Positions 26,601-40,368 of a stretch of DNA of 64,000 nucleotides are shown here, one piece after another. Position 1 is the stretch's first letter, and every line of letters starts with the position of its first letter. A program made the translations under genes and the position numbers. Source of the stretch: Eledone cirrhosa (taxonomy: Eukaryota); the NCBI GenBank assembly GCA_964016885.1, contig OZ024748.1, forward strand, positions 20,460,001-20,524,000, given 5' to 3'. The notes under the pieces were generated by a model. It was given only the letters and a program-made list of their open reading frames with translations. It was not told where the DNA came from and made no database searches.

Positions 26601-26867
26601 CCTACACACAAACGACCCCACCTACCCACCCACTGCAACACACAAAATAAACATCTACAAGACTGTATCCTCCTCTTCCTCCCCCTCTTTCACCTCTGTT
26701 TCTCTCCCTCCTCTTCCCACAACTTCTAATCCCAATCAACATACATGACATAGTGAATGGAAGATATATAGTGGGTGTGTTCAGGTTGAATAAAGACATC
26801 TTGACAAATGTTACAACTGTTTGTAAAATGTAATGGTACCTGTGGAACACAATACATATACACTCTA

Positions 26868-27193
26868 CGTAAGCATAGATGAGTTAAGAGAGAAACTGTG
26901 TATAAGAGGGATAAGTTGTAGTGTGCGGGAGAGAAGACTGCGTTGGTATGGACATGTGATACGCATGGAGGATGACCGCTGGGTAAAGAAGTGCTAAGAA
27001 ATCCCAATAGATGGAAGAAGCAGTAAAGGAAGACCACGAAAAACATGGGCTGATGTGGTGAGAACTGACCTCAGATCGCTGAAGCTCAGGCGGAGGAGAT
27101 GACGAAGGACCGTGATGAATGGAGAGATGCTGAGCTGAATAGGACCTGTCCAATGCTTGCAAGCAGGGAAAAGAGGACGTAAAATGATGACGA
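26868..27193 (+). pseudogene. RTE 3' fragment
   Basis: Homologous to 19225-19550. Confidence 0.8.
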
Positions 27194-27210
27194 TATATAT
27201 ATATATATAT

Positions 27211-27667
27211 ATATTGTTATACTTGGGGAGGGTCATATTTGTGTAATATTGCCAGAATTAATAACAGAACACACTCACTGTTTGGTTGGTTTTCGCTTCT
27301 CGCTGTCTTTTATATCTGTAATCTAGCTTACATACAACACAACAGGAGGAAAATATAACACCACTGACGATGTTGCAGATGTGCAACGAAAGATTTATGT
27401 AAATTATGTAAACTATATATATGTGTTTGTGTCTATATTGTATCTGTATTATTTTTGACCGTCGGTCAGTCAATGGCAACATTGAGGACCGAGTAAGCTA
27501 GATTACAGATATAAAAGACAGCGAGAAGCGAAAACCAACCAAACAGTGAGTGTGTTCTGTTATTAATTCTGGCAATATTACACAAATATGACCCTCCCCA
27601 AGTATAACAATATTTGTTTCGACACACGATTTCATATAAAAAACCTCGCTAAACTAATTCATCGCCG

Positions 27668-27670
<3 letters not shown>
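27211..27670 (+). mobile_element. Fold-back element family P
   Basis: About 120-bp perfect arms 27211-27331/27493-27613; the spacer holds CTGACGA-t-GTTGCA/TGCAAC-GAAA (27364-27391); TA-flanked. Confidence 0.8.
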
Positions 27671-27721
<51 letters not shown>

Positions 27722-27726
<5 letters not shown>

Positions 27727-27972
27727 GAAACAAGCTTTTGCCATATTTTTTTGACTAAAGAAATTTTAGCCAGGTTGTGAGGTTTAGAACCCTCTAAGAA
27801 ATGGAAAAAGATGAGTATTGATGTACGTCAATACTCATCTTTTTTTCCATTTCTTAGAAGGTTCTAAACCCCACTGTCAGACTAAAATTTCTTTAGTAAA
27901 TAAATAACGGCTAAAGCTTCTATTTCTAATTTCAAACTTGCTCGCTGTTTCAAAACAAACTTATATACCTAT
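27722..27972 (+). mobile_element. Fold-back element family Q (no clear ribozyme core)
   Basis: About 100-bp arms around AGTATTGATGTACGTCAATACT plus a short tail; TA-flanked. Confidence 0.7.
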
Positions 27973-28327
27973 ATATCATTTCATCATCATCATCATTTCA
28001 TTTTACATCCGCTTTTTCCCTGCTTACAAGGGTGGGACGGGAACTGATGCTGGCTTGATTTCTACAGCTGGATGCCCTTCCTAACACCAACCTCATTTAC
28101 AGTGAGTGCTGGGTGCTTTTTTGCCGTGGCACCTCCACAACCACTTTGCATATATATATATATATACGATGTGGTCTACCCTTCATGGTAGAGTCTGCAC
28201 TGTAGATAGAACTCAACGTAATAAGATAGCAAGTAATCCAGTAAATTCATAAAAAGGTTCCGTGTTCCACTGAGTTAATTCTTTAGATACAGAGTCTGAC
28301 TTTGTTATTATTATTTTCATTGTTAGA

Positions 28328-28378
<51 letters not shown>

Positions 28379-28809
28379 TTTAAGGAGACAACAAACAGAG
28401 GTACAAAGTCTTAATAGTTTCACACTTTATATTGGAAAGAGGGAAAGAAAGTTCGAGCTTAAGTCCTTCTTCAGGAGTACAAAATAGAGACAGAAAAGGA
28501 AAATCAGAAATAAAGGAGGTCCAAGTAAAGAAAAAAAAAGTGTGTATGAGAGTGAGTGTGTGTGTGTGTGAATGAGTGTGTGTTTATATGTGTATAAATG
28601 TGTGTATATATGTGTGTATGTATATATACATATCTGTGTGTGTGTGTGTGTGTGTGTGTATAAATGTGTGTGTGAGTGTGGCCATGCACATATAGATGTA
28701 AGTAGAGTGGAACCCTCTGGATTCAGCCAGTTGTAACCACTTCATACATATCTCTGTAAATTTGTAATTGACTGGGCAGAGTATAATATCATACTACACA
28801 CTTATATAT

Positions 28810-29057
28810 GCCGAAACAAATGAGATCATGTAGGTGTCACGACAAAAAAACACACAGTCCACGCTGTAAATGTGGCCGTGTAGGCAACACGGTAAAAACC
28901 TCCCAGCCCCACACTGTAAATGTGGTTGGTGTTAGGAAGGGCATCCAGCTGTAGAAAACCCGCCAGACAGTCCTATGCGAGCAAGACAACCACTCTTGCC
29001 TCAAGTGGGAAAACCCCCGTCCAAACCCATGCAAGCGTGGAACACGGACGCTAAACC

Positions 29058-29088
<31 letters not shown>
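28810..29088 (+). mobile_element. RTE 3' UTR (single unamplified unit)
   Basis: Matches 58775-59040. Confidence 0.85.
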
Positions 29089-29089
<1 letters not shown>

Positions 29090-29090
29090 T

Positions 29091-29410
29091 GTGTGTACTG
29101 AACAATGAAAATAAAACAAAAACTCAGAGAAAAGTTGTTAATTTGTTCATTATTTTATGATAGTTTCAGAGTGTTGATTGATCAGTCTTCCTCAAAAACA
29201 AATGTCTCTGGGGAAGATGGCCAGATTAATTAGATATTTTGAGACCAGAAACAGGTAGCGACTAGTCGATATATTGATCTACTCTGATCAATCAGCCTTT
29301 GAAATGATTGCAAAACAATAAATTAACAACCTATCTTGAACTGTTGTTTTATTTTCATTGTTCAAAACACAGGCATATATATAAATGACTCTGTAACTTG
29401 AGTAGATTCT
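29091..29410 (+). mobile_element. Diverged fold-back element family U
   Basis: Arms tgaacaatgaaaataaaaca / tgttttattttcattgttca; minus-strand TTGAGGA..GAAA; tail ACTCTGTAACTTGAGT. Confidence 0.6.
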
Positions 29411-30147
29411 TCGAGGAAACCTTATACAATGAACACCTACCACAAAAACTATAGGACAAACTGCCTAATTTCGCTAAAACTATCTCTTCAAGGCCACATT
29501 AAATTCTAACAACATTATCGGCGCCACCACAATCAGGTGGAAACCGATATATAATTGCTTGACATGGAAGATTTGACAATCAGCAGATACCATGTCTTAT
29601 TATGGTGTCTGCTGACTGTCAAATCCTCCATATTAAGACATTATGGTGTCTGCTGAATGTCAACTCCTCCATGTTGTCTTAACATGGAAGATTTGACAGT
29701 AACTGTTGTTGTTGGGCTCTAGAGGAGCTATTATTAATTCACTGTATGAAACAGACTTAATCCATCACTTGATCCTTGCCTGGCTTTAACAGAGTTCAAC
29801 CTGCTGCGAGCATTTGAGCCAGGTCTCCAGTGTAAAGATAACCTACAAGACTAGTTGAAGGAAGGACAGAAAATTAAGAAGTCATAGACTCTGCCCTTCC
29901 TCTCCTGACTAAATCTGTCACTCGAGACTGGGAGTGGTTCCTTTGATGGGCTTCCATACAGCTTCTATCCACCAAATTCCACATACATGGCCTTTGGTTG
30001 AAATGAGAAACTGATATAACACTGTTGCCAAAGGTGTCATGTTGTAGGATCAAAATTAAATCCACATATTTGTGAAGCAAACTACTTTCCCATTGACACA
30101 CCCATTCCTGAACATATTAGTTGGCATAAACTACGGATGCCCATCAC

Positions 30148-30216
<69 letters not shown>

Positions 30217-30329
30217 TATCTCTGTATCTATGTTTATGTTCCATAACGGCTCAACAAAACAAGATCAATAAAATAAGGATGAGATTTGAAGAAGAAAAAA
30301 ATAAATACTGGCTTCAATGCAATCGTTTA

Positions 30330-30720
30330 AATCCAGTGCTCCAGCATGGCTGAAACCACTAAAAAATCCTGTGATCCAGCATGGCTGAAACCATTAAAAA
30401 AATCCTGTGACCCAGCATGGCTGAATCCTGTAAAACTATCTATTGACCCAGCATGGCTGGGTAAGGGTAAAAAATTCAGTGACCCAACATGACTGAAACC
30501 AGTAAAAAATCCAGTGACCCAGCATGGCTGAAATCAGTAAAAAATCCAGTGACCCAGCATGGCTGAAATCAGTAAAAAATCCAGTGACCCAGCATGGCTG
30601 AAATCAGTAAAAAATCCAGTGACCCAGCATGGCTGAAATCAGTAAAAAATCCAGTGACCTAGCATGACTGAAACCAGTAAAAAATCCAGTGACCCAGCAT
30701 GGCTGAAACCAGTAAAAAAT
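30330..30720. repeat. 35-bp minisatellite
   Basis: ccagtgacccagcatggctgaaatcagtaaaaaat, about 11 units. Confidence 0.9.
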
Positions 30721-31775
30721 TAAATACTGGCATCAATGCAATCGCTTAAATCCAGTTAAGGCAGTGCCCCAACATGGCCACAATGAAATGACTGAAACCA
30801 GTAAAAAAATAAAGGACTGATATGTGTTACTTCAAGAAAATTAAGAGTCAATTTCTCAACTTACTTGGTTTAACTTGAAGGAGAGAGAGAGGTCAGCTAA
30901 CATCCCTGAGAAGTTGTGGCCATTTGTAATTCACAATATCTAATAATATATATTGCCTCAAGCCAACTACACTTGTGAATCTTTCCTGAGCCCGGCTCTC
31001 TGTGTGTATGTTTGTGAGTGTGTGTATGTTTGTGAGTGTGTGTATGTATGTGTTAGTGTGTGTGTGTAGTGTGTGTGAGTGTGTATATGTGTATTGTGAG
31101 TGTGTATCTGTGTGTTTGTGTCAATGTGTGTGTTGTGTGTGTGTGTGTATGTGTTAGTGTGTGTGTGTTGCATGTGAGTGTGTGTGTGTGTGTTTTGTGT
31201 GTTTTGTGTGTTGCATGTGAGTGTGTATCTGTGTGTGTTAGTGTCAGAGTGTGTCAGTGTGTGTGTGTGCATGTGTGTTGTGTGTATGAGTCACCATGTG
31301 TGTTATGTGTGCCAGTGTGTGTGTGTGCATGTGTGTATGAGTCACCATGTGTGTTATGTGTGCCAGTGTGTGTGTGTGTGTAAGGTAAAACTATATTAAT
31401 ATGTTAAGCAATAGCTGTATATTGATATCTCCCCCTCTCTAATGTCCCCTGTGTGTATGTGCGTGGGTGTCAGTGTATGTATGTGTGTCTGTGTGTGTGT
31501 GTGTGAGTCAGTGTGTGTGTTATACATTCAAAATTAACAGCTGTTACAATTGATACGTGGACATTATTGATTTTTTACCAAGAAACATAAACCCCCACCC
31601 TCACCCCACACACACACAAACACACACATACCCACAAACACAAATATATTCTCACTAACACAAGCACACAATATCCACAAACACACAGTAAACACATACA
31701 CACACTAACACATACACACACTAACACAAACACACACTAACACAAACACACACTAACACATAAAAAAATAAAAAC

Positions 31776-32418
31776 ATCATCATCATCATCATCGTTTAAC
31801 GTCCAATCTTCCACGCTTGCATGGGTTTGGACGGGAATTTTCCCACTTGAGGCAAGATTGGTTGTCTTGCTCGTATAGGACTGTCTGGCGGGTTTTCTAC
31901 GGCTGGATGCCCTTCCTAACACCAACCACGTTTACAGTGTGGACTGGGAGGTTTTTATTGTGTTACCTACACGGCCACATTACAGCGTGGACTGTGTTTT
32001 TTTGTCGTGACACCTACACGACCTCATTTATTTCGGACTCTGGATGTTGTGGTACCAACATAACTTTACATCGAAAGTGGTGGTGTGGATGGGGTGTGTG
32101 TGTGGGGGGTATTTTTGTTAGAGGTGCCTACTGACTGTCGGTTTCGCTTTGTACAAAGCATAAATGAACTAAGGGAGAAATTAGGAATAAGAGGAATCAG
32201 ATGATGTTTACTCGAGAGAAGACTACGTTGGTATGGTCACGTGATGCGCATGAAAGACGACAGCTGTATAAAAAAGTGCAAAAAAATAGATGGTAGCCAC
32301 GGAGTAGGCAGACCCAGAAAAACCTGGGACGACTTGACAATGTCACTTGACAATGTCACTGGACCGAGATCTTTGGCGCTACACAGTAATACAGAAGACC
32401 CGCCTTACCTAAATACAA
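31776..32418 (-). mobile_element. RTE insertion with a 5' inversion
   Basis: 3' UTR on minus (31776-32152) abuts the ORF end on plus (32152-32418). Confidence 0.75.
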
Positions 32419-32967
32419 ACACACATTAAACACATACACTCATTAACTCATACACACAAACAGACAATACCCACAAACACATACACACAATACCCACAAA
32501 CACATACACACAACACCATTAACACATACACAACCCTATTAACACATACACAACCCCATTAACACACTATGCCCACAAACACATACACAATACTATTAAC
32601 GCACACACATCCATCAACACATACACAATACTATTAACGCACACACATCCATTAATACATACACACACCCCTTAACACACACACACATCCATTAACACAT
32701 ACACAACACCCTTAACACATACACACATCCATTAAAACACACCCCTTAACACATACACACATCCATTAACACATCCACAACACCCTTAATACATACACAA
32801 CCCCATTAACAGAGAGATAGTGATATTTACTATTCCAATCCTGAAACCCTTTTTTTACTGACAGGTTATTAATCTGACTCCATATTGTTGGCAACATGAA
32901 GAAAAATCAATGAAACAAAGAAAACAAACAAAAAGCAATAGAAAACAAAAAGAACTTCATTATTTTT

Positions 32968-33667
32968 TCAGTATCGGTAGAGGGTCGGACGCCATGCTTT
33001 GACGCCTAGAGTTACGGCCCTTGCTATTCTGAGTTCAAATCCAGCCGAGGTTAACTTTGCTTTTCATCCTTACGGGGTCGATAAAATAAAGTACCTGTAA
33101 TACACTGGGTATTTGCTGGCCTTGTGCAAAAAGTAGAAACAATTATTTTTTATTATCATTTTCATGTCTGTTCTTCTATGTTGGTATGGGTTGGACAAGA
33201 GTCATTTGAGGCAGTTTCTCTAAGGCTCGATACCCTACCTGACACAAACCTACATTCTATTTCTCACTATAATATATAAAATAATGGTTTCTACTTTGGG
33301 CACAAGACCAGAAATTACCCCAGTGCATTACTGATACTTTATTTCACTTCCATAAGGATGAAAGGCAAAGCTAACCTGGACGGGATTTGAATGCAGAACA
33401 TAAAGAGCCATAAACCATGCTCCAAAGCATGGCGTCCAAGGCTCTACTGATACTGCCAATCCACAGCCCTATTGTAATAATTGTTTCTACCTTTGGCACA
33501 TAGCCAGCAATTATCCCAGTGCATTACTGGTACTTTATTTTATCAACCCAGTAAGAATGAAAAGCAAAGTTAACCTCGGCGGAATTTGAACTCAGATCGT
33601 AAAGGGCCATAACTATGCTGTAAAGCATAGCGTCCGAGGCTCTACCGATACTGCCAATCCACTGCCA
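32968..33667. mobile_element. Cluster of three SINE family 1 copies (+,-,-)
   Basis: 32968-33143 plus; 33285-33468 and 33480-33667 minus. Confidence 0.8.
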
Positions 33668-33677
33668 TATAGTATAT

Positions 33678-35326
33678 ACTAGCATTAAAGCCCGGCGTTG
33701 CTCGGGGTCAGTAAGTTACCAAAGTTAGGTTGCACCACCCATTTTATGGCAGCACTTTTTTGTCTGCCAGGCACTGGGTGAATGAATTGCAGACCTGGAC
33801 TGCCGAAGCAGGAGCTGCGCCAGCAGTGACAATTGTAGTTTCACCTATGGATATTATCTCTGTGCAAAGAAGTGTTGAAATTTATTGTTTCACAGTACTT
33901 GCGCAACAAGCACGTAGACGATGCCAGCCGAACAACAGAGCTGCGATGGAGTTGTTCTGCATGGTTGTCTAATGTGTGTTTTCTAAATTTAAGACAGTAG
34001 GGAGGGGTGTGATATGGGGGAGAGTTAGCTGTTGTTTCTAGCAGGTTTAGTGACCTCATAAAGGATATGTGTTTTCTAAATTTAAGACAGTAGGGATGGG
34101 TGTGATATGGGGGAGAGTTAGCTGTTGTTTCTAGCAGGTTTAGTGACCTCATAGAGGATATGTGTTTTGTAAATTTAAGACAGTAGGGAGTGGTGTGATA
34201 TGGGGGAGAGTTAGCTGCTGTTTCTAGCAGGTTTAGTGACCTCATAGAGGATATGTTTTCTAAATTTAAGACAGTAGGGAGGGGTGTGATATGGGGAAGA
34301 GTTAGCTGCTTTTTCTAGCAGGTTTAGTGACCTCATAGAGGATATGTTTTCTAAATTTAAGACAGTAGGGAGGGGTGTGATATGGGGAAGAGTTAGCTGC
34401 TGTTTCTAGCAGGTATAGTAACCTCATAGAGGATATGTTTTCTAAATTTAAGACAGTAGGGAGGGGTGTGATATGGGGAAGAGTTAGCTGCTGTTTCTAG
34501 CAGGTTTAGTGACCTCATAGAGGATATGTTTTCTAAATTTAAGACAGTAGGGAGTGGTGTGATATGGGGGAGAGTTAGCTGCTGTTTCTAACAGGTTTAG
34601 TGACCTCATAGAGGATATGTTTTCTAAATTTAAGACAGTAGGGAGGGGTGTGATATGGGGGAGAGTTAGCTGCTGCTTCTAGCAGGTTTAGTGACTTCAT
34701 AGAGGATATGTTTTCTAAATTTAAGACAGTAGGGAGGGGTGTGATATGGGGGAAGAGTTAGCTGCTGTATCTAGCAGGTTTAGTGACCTCATAGAGGATA
34801 TGTTTTCTAAATTTAAGACAGTAGGGAGGGGTGTGATATGGGGAAGAGTTAGCTGCTGTTTCTAGCAGGTTTAGTGACCTCATAGAGGATATGTTTTCTA
34901 AATTTAAGACAGTAGGGAGGGGTGTGATATGGGGGAGAGTTAAGTTCTCTTTGTCATTGAAGTAAATAAATGTTTGACCGTTCCACACTCAAAAACAAAC
35001 GTTCTCTCTCTCCCTCTCACTCTCTTCTCTCTTCGGCGTTCCTAAAGGAAGTTTGTAAGCAAGTATGTAGTTTTATCGAATTTGAAGGGGAGTAGAGAGA
35101 GGTAAGCAGATTCTATTAGAGGGGTAAAGCGTCATGTATTTAGTTTTATCGATTATTTCCATAATTGTGGGTGAGTTTGAATGGAATAAATAGTCGTTGA
35201 CCTAAGTTAAACTATTTACAACATTCTCACAGACATTGAGTCGAATCAGTTTGAAATTGTGCAAATGTATAAACATGGAACATGTGCACACACACACGCA
35301 ACAACAACAATCTGCCTTTTATAGAT
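33678..35326 (+). mobile_element. Non-autonomous Helitron/Helentron-like element
   Basis: Starts ACTAGC..CCCGGCGTTGCTCGGG (hairpin); ends in a microsatellite plus CTTTTATAGAT; internal tandem array. Confidence 0.55.
33975..34942. repeat. 91-93-bp tandem array, about 10.5 units
   Basis: gttttctaaatttaagacagtagggaggggtgtgatatggggg...gacctcatagaggatat. Confidence 0.95.
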
Positions 35327-35520
35327 AATGATAATATTAGCTCCCAGGTTCAATCCCACAGCATAGCATCTTGAGCAAGTATCTTTTACTATATCTCCAG
35401 GTTGACCGCTATGCCTTGTGAGTAAAAAAATTGGTAGATAGAAACTGCTTGGAAGCTTGTCAGAGTGTCATGCCAGCCTTGTTACACACTGTGTTATGCT
35501 GAATCTCCCTGAGAATTACA

Positions 35521-35760
35521 TTAACCTTTTAATTTTCAAACCGGCCAAAACCAGCCAGAATTCTCTACCTCTTTCTGTTGAAACTGGCTGTAACTGGTCG
35601 CTCAAACTGATGTTAATGTATTGTTCTCAAATAAATACTTTCAAAATCTCATAGATTCGATATTATGTGAGATAATTATGTGAGGTAAAGCCTTTACCAT
35701 GAAAATATAATAGTATATAGAGTAATGTGTATGAGTAGTATATATAGACTAAAGGGTTAA
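35521..35760 (+). mobile_element. piggyBac-like MITE
   Basis: TTAA-CCTTTTA...TAAAGGG-TTAA; homologous to 39271-39857. Confidence 0.65.
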
Positions 35761-37361
35761 AGATATGTACGTGTGAACTTCTGAGCCACTCTGAACAATG
35801 GAACAATGGAACAATCAACTTATGAAAATTAACATCAAACAACAGGAAAATTTAACATTAGAACTAATGGAGGTCAGATCCATTATATAACTTATATCCT
35901 ATTATATAACTTTTATCTTTGTTGAATTCATGCAGGATGATGATGATGATGATGATTTCTACCAGCCCCAGGGGCTCTGCAAGGTCGTCATCACATATTT
36001 TAAATGATGTTGACATGAAGTCACATGGGGACAGGATGAAAAAAAAGATCCCATAACTCCTTGAAGAGTCACAGAGGCACTGTCATATGGTGTGTCTAGG
36101 GCACTTTAGAACTTGGAGGAGCCCAACCCTCTCCATGTCTGAACACAGCCTTTTTTTTTTATATAGAGGAAGAATCAACCCCAGTACTGGACTGGTACTT
36201 TTTTATTGACCTCGAAAGGATGAAAGGCAAAGTTGACTTCAGCAGGATTTGAACTGAGAGCGTGCAATGAGGTGGGACGAATACCGTAAAGCATTCTATC
36301 CAACATCTTAACAACTCTGCCAATTTGCTGCCACAGGGGGACAGACACACATACACATGCACAAATATCCACATTTTATAATATAACTTTTATCTTTGTT
36401 GAATTGGTTAGCTGTATGACATATTGTTTATGCAGGACATAGATATCATCACTTGTTTTAAATGATGTTGATGTGAAGACATACAGAGACAGAGACACAT
36501 ACAAATGCACAAATATCTACATTTCCTGATATAACTTTAACTTTGTTGAACTAGTTAGCTAGAAACAGAAGAGGGGAGTTAAGTACTCAAGATTGCAGTG
36601 TAACAGAAGTCACAAACAAACTGATCTTTGGAGCAGAAACTCTAACATATGTTCTATGAATTGATAGATAGATAGAAAGATTGCAAACCAAAATACTGGT
36701 ACTGAATTCTTCTTGTTTTGTGAAAGATTCTATATATTTACTCAACCTACTAGAAATAGCAGTGAAATCAATCTCTTTCTGCCATCTCTACCTTTTTGAT
36801 ACCAAATCCCTTGACACCATCACTGGTTCTATGATATAAGGGACAGCTGAAAATTCATAGGCTGACTGAGAAGGATTGATGCTAGAGCAGTGAAATCTTG
36901 TAAGCATTAATTTCAAATCTTATTAATGACTGAGAAAAGAAAATGAATGAGAGGGTCACAACTAGAAAATCTTTCATTATAGGTATGTGGATTGGCAGTG
37001 TCAATAGACCATTGGACAACATACTTTGCAGCATATTGTTATGTCCCTTTAAGTTACGAGTTCAAACCCTGCTGAGGTTAACTTTTCCTTTCATTCTTAC
37101 AGGGTCAATAGAATAAAGTATCAGTAACTGGGGCCAATTTAATCATTGCCTTTCGCCTGCCCCTGAAATTGTTGGCCTTGTGCCTAAATCAGAAATTTTT
37201 AAAGGTATGTCCATACATAATTGAACTGGAGTTTGTTTGCCTTGTGCCTAAATCAGAAACTTTTAAAGGTATGTCCATACATAATTGAACTGGGAGTTGA
37301 ATCCTCACCATTCATCTTCTGACTTCATAGGATTAATGGGAACTGGAGATAAAGATCTTAC

Positions 37362-37537
37362 CTAACTCTCCATGATCTGACAGCACTTTGAATATTAGTG
37401 GCAGCCCTTATAGTCCTCTCAAACTTCCTACGTACTATAAATGTCCTTACAGTCCGTTGTATTGACAAAATAGCTTCATACTGAACAGAGACAGATGCTC
37501 CTTCAAGATGACGTTCAAAAGATTCTTTCAGGAAAAC
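37362..37537 (-). CDS. Exon of an unconventional myosin (VFLKE + two IQ motifs), myosin XV-like
   Basis: Polypyrimidine tract then tttaacag|GTTTTCCTG...AGAGTTAG|gtaaga; 176 nt = VFLKESFERHLEGASVSVQYEAILSIQRTVRTFIVRRKFERTIRAATNIQSAVRSWRV(R); two IQxxxR motifs; continues GATK|VFLKE. Confidence 0.92.
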
Positions 37538-37867
37538 CTGTTAAATGATACAGAAACAAAAAATGTTTTACTTCGATGGATTTCCAAAGAAAACAAAAAA
37601 GAAACACATAACCACTAATAAAAAAATAAATAAATAAAACAACAACAACCCCTCCACCATTGCTATCCACCTTTAATTGGCTACATTTAACTATCTGGTA
37701 AGATGACTGATTTGAGAAATATGTTCCAGGATTACATATGTCGTATTACTAACATTCCTTAAATAACATGTTAAACAATGGTTGGTAATGAATTCAACAC
37801 AACGAAAGCATACAGTAACTATATACAGCATTGTTATACACTCACAAGGTGTGGTTAAGTGTGTGTA

Positions 37868-37920
<53 letters not shown>

Positions 37921-38020
37921 ACATATATATATATGCACATGTGTATGTCTGTGTGTGTATATATATATATATATATGTGTGTGTGTGCATTTATATTTAT
38001 ATATATATATGTGTGTGTGC

Positions 38021-38064
<44 letters not shown>

Positions 38065-39156
38065 ATATATATATATATGTATATATATACCTATTACTGT
38101 GTCTGTATGTTTGTGCACATAACTAACAATTAAGATTTAGCCAGGATCAAAGGTCTGGTATGCAGGAAAAGGAATCTATACTACATTCCCTAGTAAAGTA
38201 ATTCTATATGTATTAACAATAAACTAACAACAGCTATATTAGTCAATGAAGGAACTTCAATAAATGATAGTATCTGGGCCTGCTTAATATTACACCCATC
38301 TTATCTTATCCATTGCCGTTAGGTGAAGACACAGCAAGCTCAACTTCATACCAACAGTCTCTCTTTCCCCATCAAGTTTTGTAGGTCATCCATGTCAATA
38401 ACAGTGTCTCTTGCTATGGTATTCTGGTATCTGAGTATTCTGGTAGAGGTAGAGATCTGCCACAAGAGATCAGGTCTGAAACCATCTCATCTTTTTCATG
38501 GAAGCAGTGACCATCAACCCTTGTATGACATTCAACCAGTCGTGCTCATACTTTTGGAATTTTTCTGTATATCTGATTAAGCATCTAATGTGTCTGCCAA
38601 GGAATATTTTAAGCTTTTCTCACAAGGGTAGTGTAATATCCATTTAAACATCTCTGTTGACCAATGTCTTGTGGATGAAATTTGGTAGGTGGAAACTGTG
38701 CAGAAGTCTGTTGAAATGACAGTTCTGTTTTTGTAGATAGTAAGCTTAATACATTATACAATTCAACACCACACCTGGCATTTGAGACATTTAGCTGAGT
38801 CTACTTTATTGTAAGTATTTAGGCCAGGTTTGAATCTCAGAGTAATTTCCTTTCCTAACTCAGTCCATACTATAAAGTGGTCATATTGGTGCTACAATAA
38901 ATAAACAGGTGGTTGTTTTGGTTACATAATAAAAAGCACCCAGTCCACACTGTAAGAAGGTCATTTTGGTGACATAATAAAAAGTATGCAGTGTACACTG
39001 TAATTGTGGTTGGCATTAGGAAGGGCATCCAGCCATAAAAACTAAGCCAAGCCAGAAACAGTTCTGTATGACCAAGACACGGTTATCTGTTCTGACTTGT
39101 CTCATAAAGTTAGGACAACTCATCTAACTCATGCTAGCATGGAAAATGGACATTTA

Positions 39157-39950
39157 CATTACTCTGAATATACTATTATATTTTCATAGTAAAGGTTTTA
39201 CATCACATAATTATCTCACATAATATTGAATCTTTGAGGTTTTGATATTATTTATTTTGAGAACAATACCTGAACCCTTTAGCATTTAAACCGGCCGTAT
39301 CCAGCCAGAATTCTCTCACCTCTTTCTGTTCAAACCGGCTGTAACCTGTTACACATACTGATGTTAAGTTATTGTTCTTAAAATAGATAATATCAAAATC
39401 TCATAGATTCGATATTATGTGAGATGATTATGTGAAAAAGTTTTTACCATGAAAATACAATAGTATATATAGAGTAATGTAAATGTTATGTTAGATAAAG
39501 CCTTTACCATGAAAATACAATAGTATATATAGAGTAATGTAAATGTTATGTGAGATAAAGCCTTTACCATGAAAATACAATAGTATATATAGAGTAATGT
39601 AAATGTTATGTGAGATAAAGCCTTTACCATGAAAATACAATAGTATATATAGAGTAATGTAAATGTTATGTGAGATAAAGCCTTTACCATGAAAATACAA
39701 TAGTATATATAGAGTAATGTAAATGTTATGTGAGGTAAAGCCTTTACCATGAAAATACAATAGTATATATAGAGTAATGTAAATGTTATGTGAGGTAAAG
39801 CCTTTACCATGAAAATACAATAGTATATATAGAGTAATGTAAAGGGTAAAGGGTTAACATCAGTATGAGCGGCTAGATACAGCAAGTTTGAATAGGAAGA
39901 GGTGAGAGAATTCTGGCCGGATATGGCCAGTTTAAATGCTAAAGGGTTAA
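39157..39950. mobile_element. Nested piggyBac-like MITEs with an internal 60-bp x7 array
   Basis: Plus copy 39271-39857 inside a minus copy; array 39420-39842. Confidence 0.7.
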
Positions 39951-40030
39951 ACAGTGATGATGATGATGATGATGATTTCTACCAGTCCCAGGGGCCCTGC
40001 ATGGTTGTCATAGACACTCTGATGACTAAG

Positions 40031-40368
40031 TCATCATCATCATCATTTTACGTCCGCTTTTCCCTGCTTGCAAGGGTGGGACGGGAACTGATTCTGGCTT
40101 GATTTCTACAGCTGGATGCCCTTCCTAACACCAACCTCATTTACAGTGAGTGCTGGGTGCTTTATTTCCGTGGCACCTCCACGACCACTTTACAGTGGAA
40201 TGATATGGACCCCAGTCCCTATCATCTCATTTCTACAGCTGAGTAAACTGGAGCAATGTGAAATAAAGTGTCTTGCTCAAGGAAACAACACATCACCCGG
40301 TCTGAGAATTGAACTCACAACCTTTCAATTGCAAGGCCAATGCTCTAACCACTAAGCCATGTGCCTCC
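40031..40368 (-). mobile_element. SINE family 2
   Basis: Full length. Confidence 0.88.

Noticed and set aside
26746-26839. Candidate minus-strand exon after ttccacag
   Set aside because: No recognisable myosin motif in any frame
27722-27972. Hammerhead in family Q
   Set aside because: A stem III-like ACTAAA/TTTAGT-A is present but no CUGANGA or GAAA box could be placed
29743-29842. Candidate next myosin exon (phase 2, RLSLHWRPGSN..)
   Set aside because: Has an acceptor and an open frame but a weak donor and no IQ or other myosin motif
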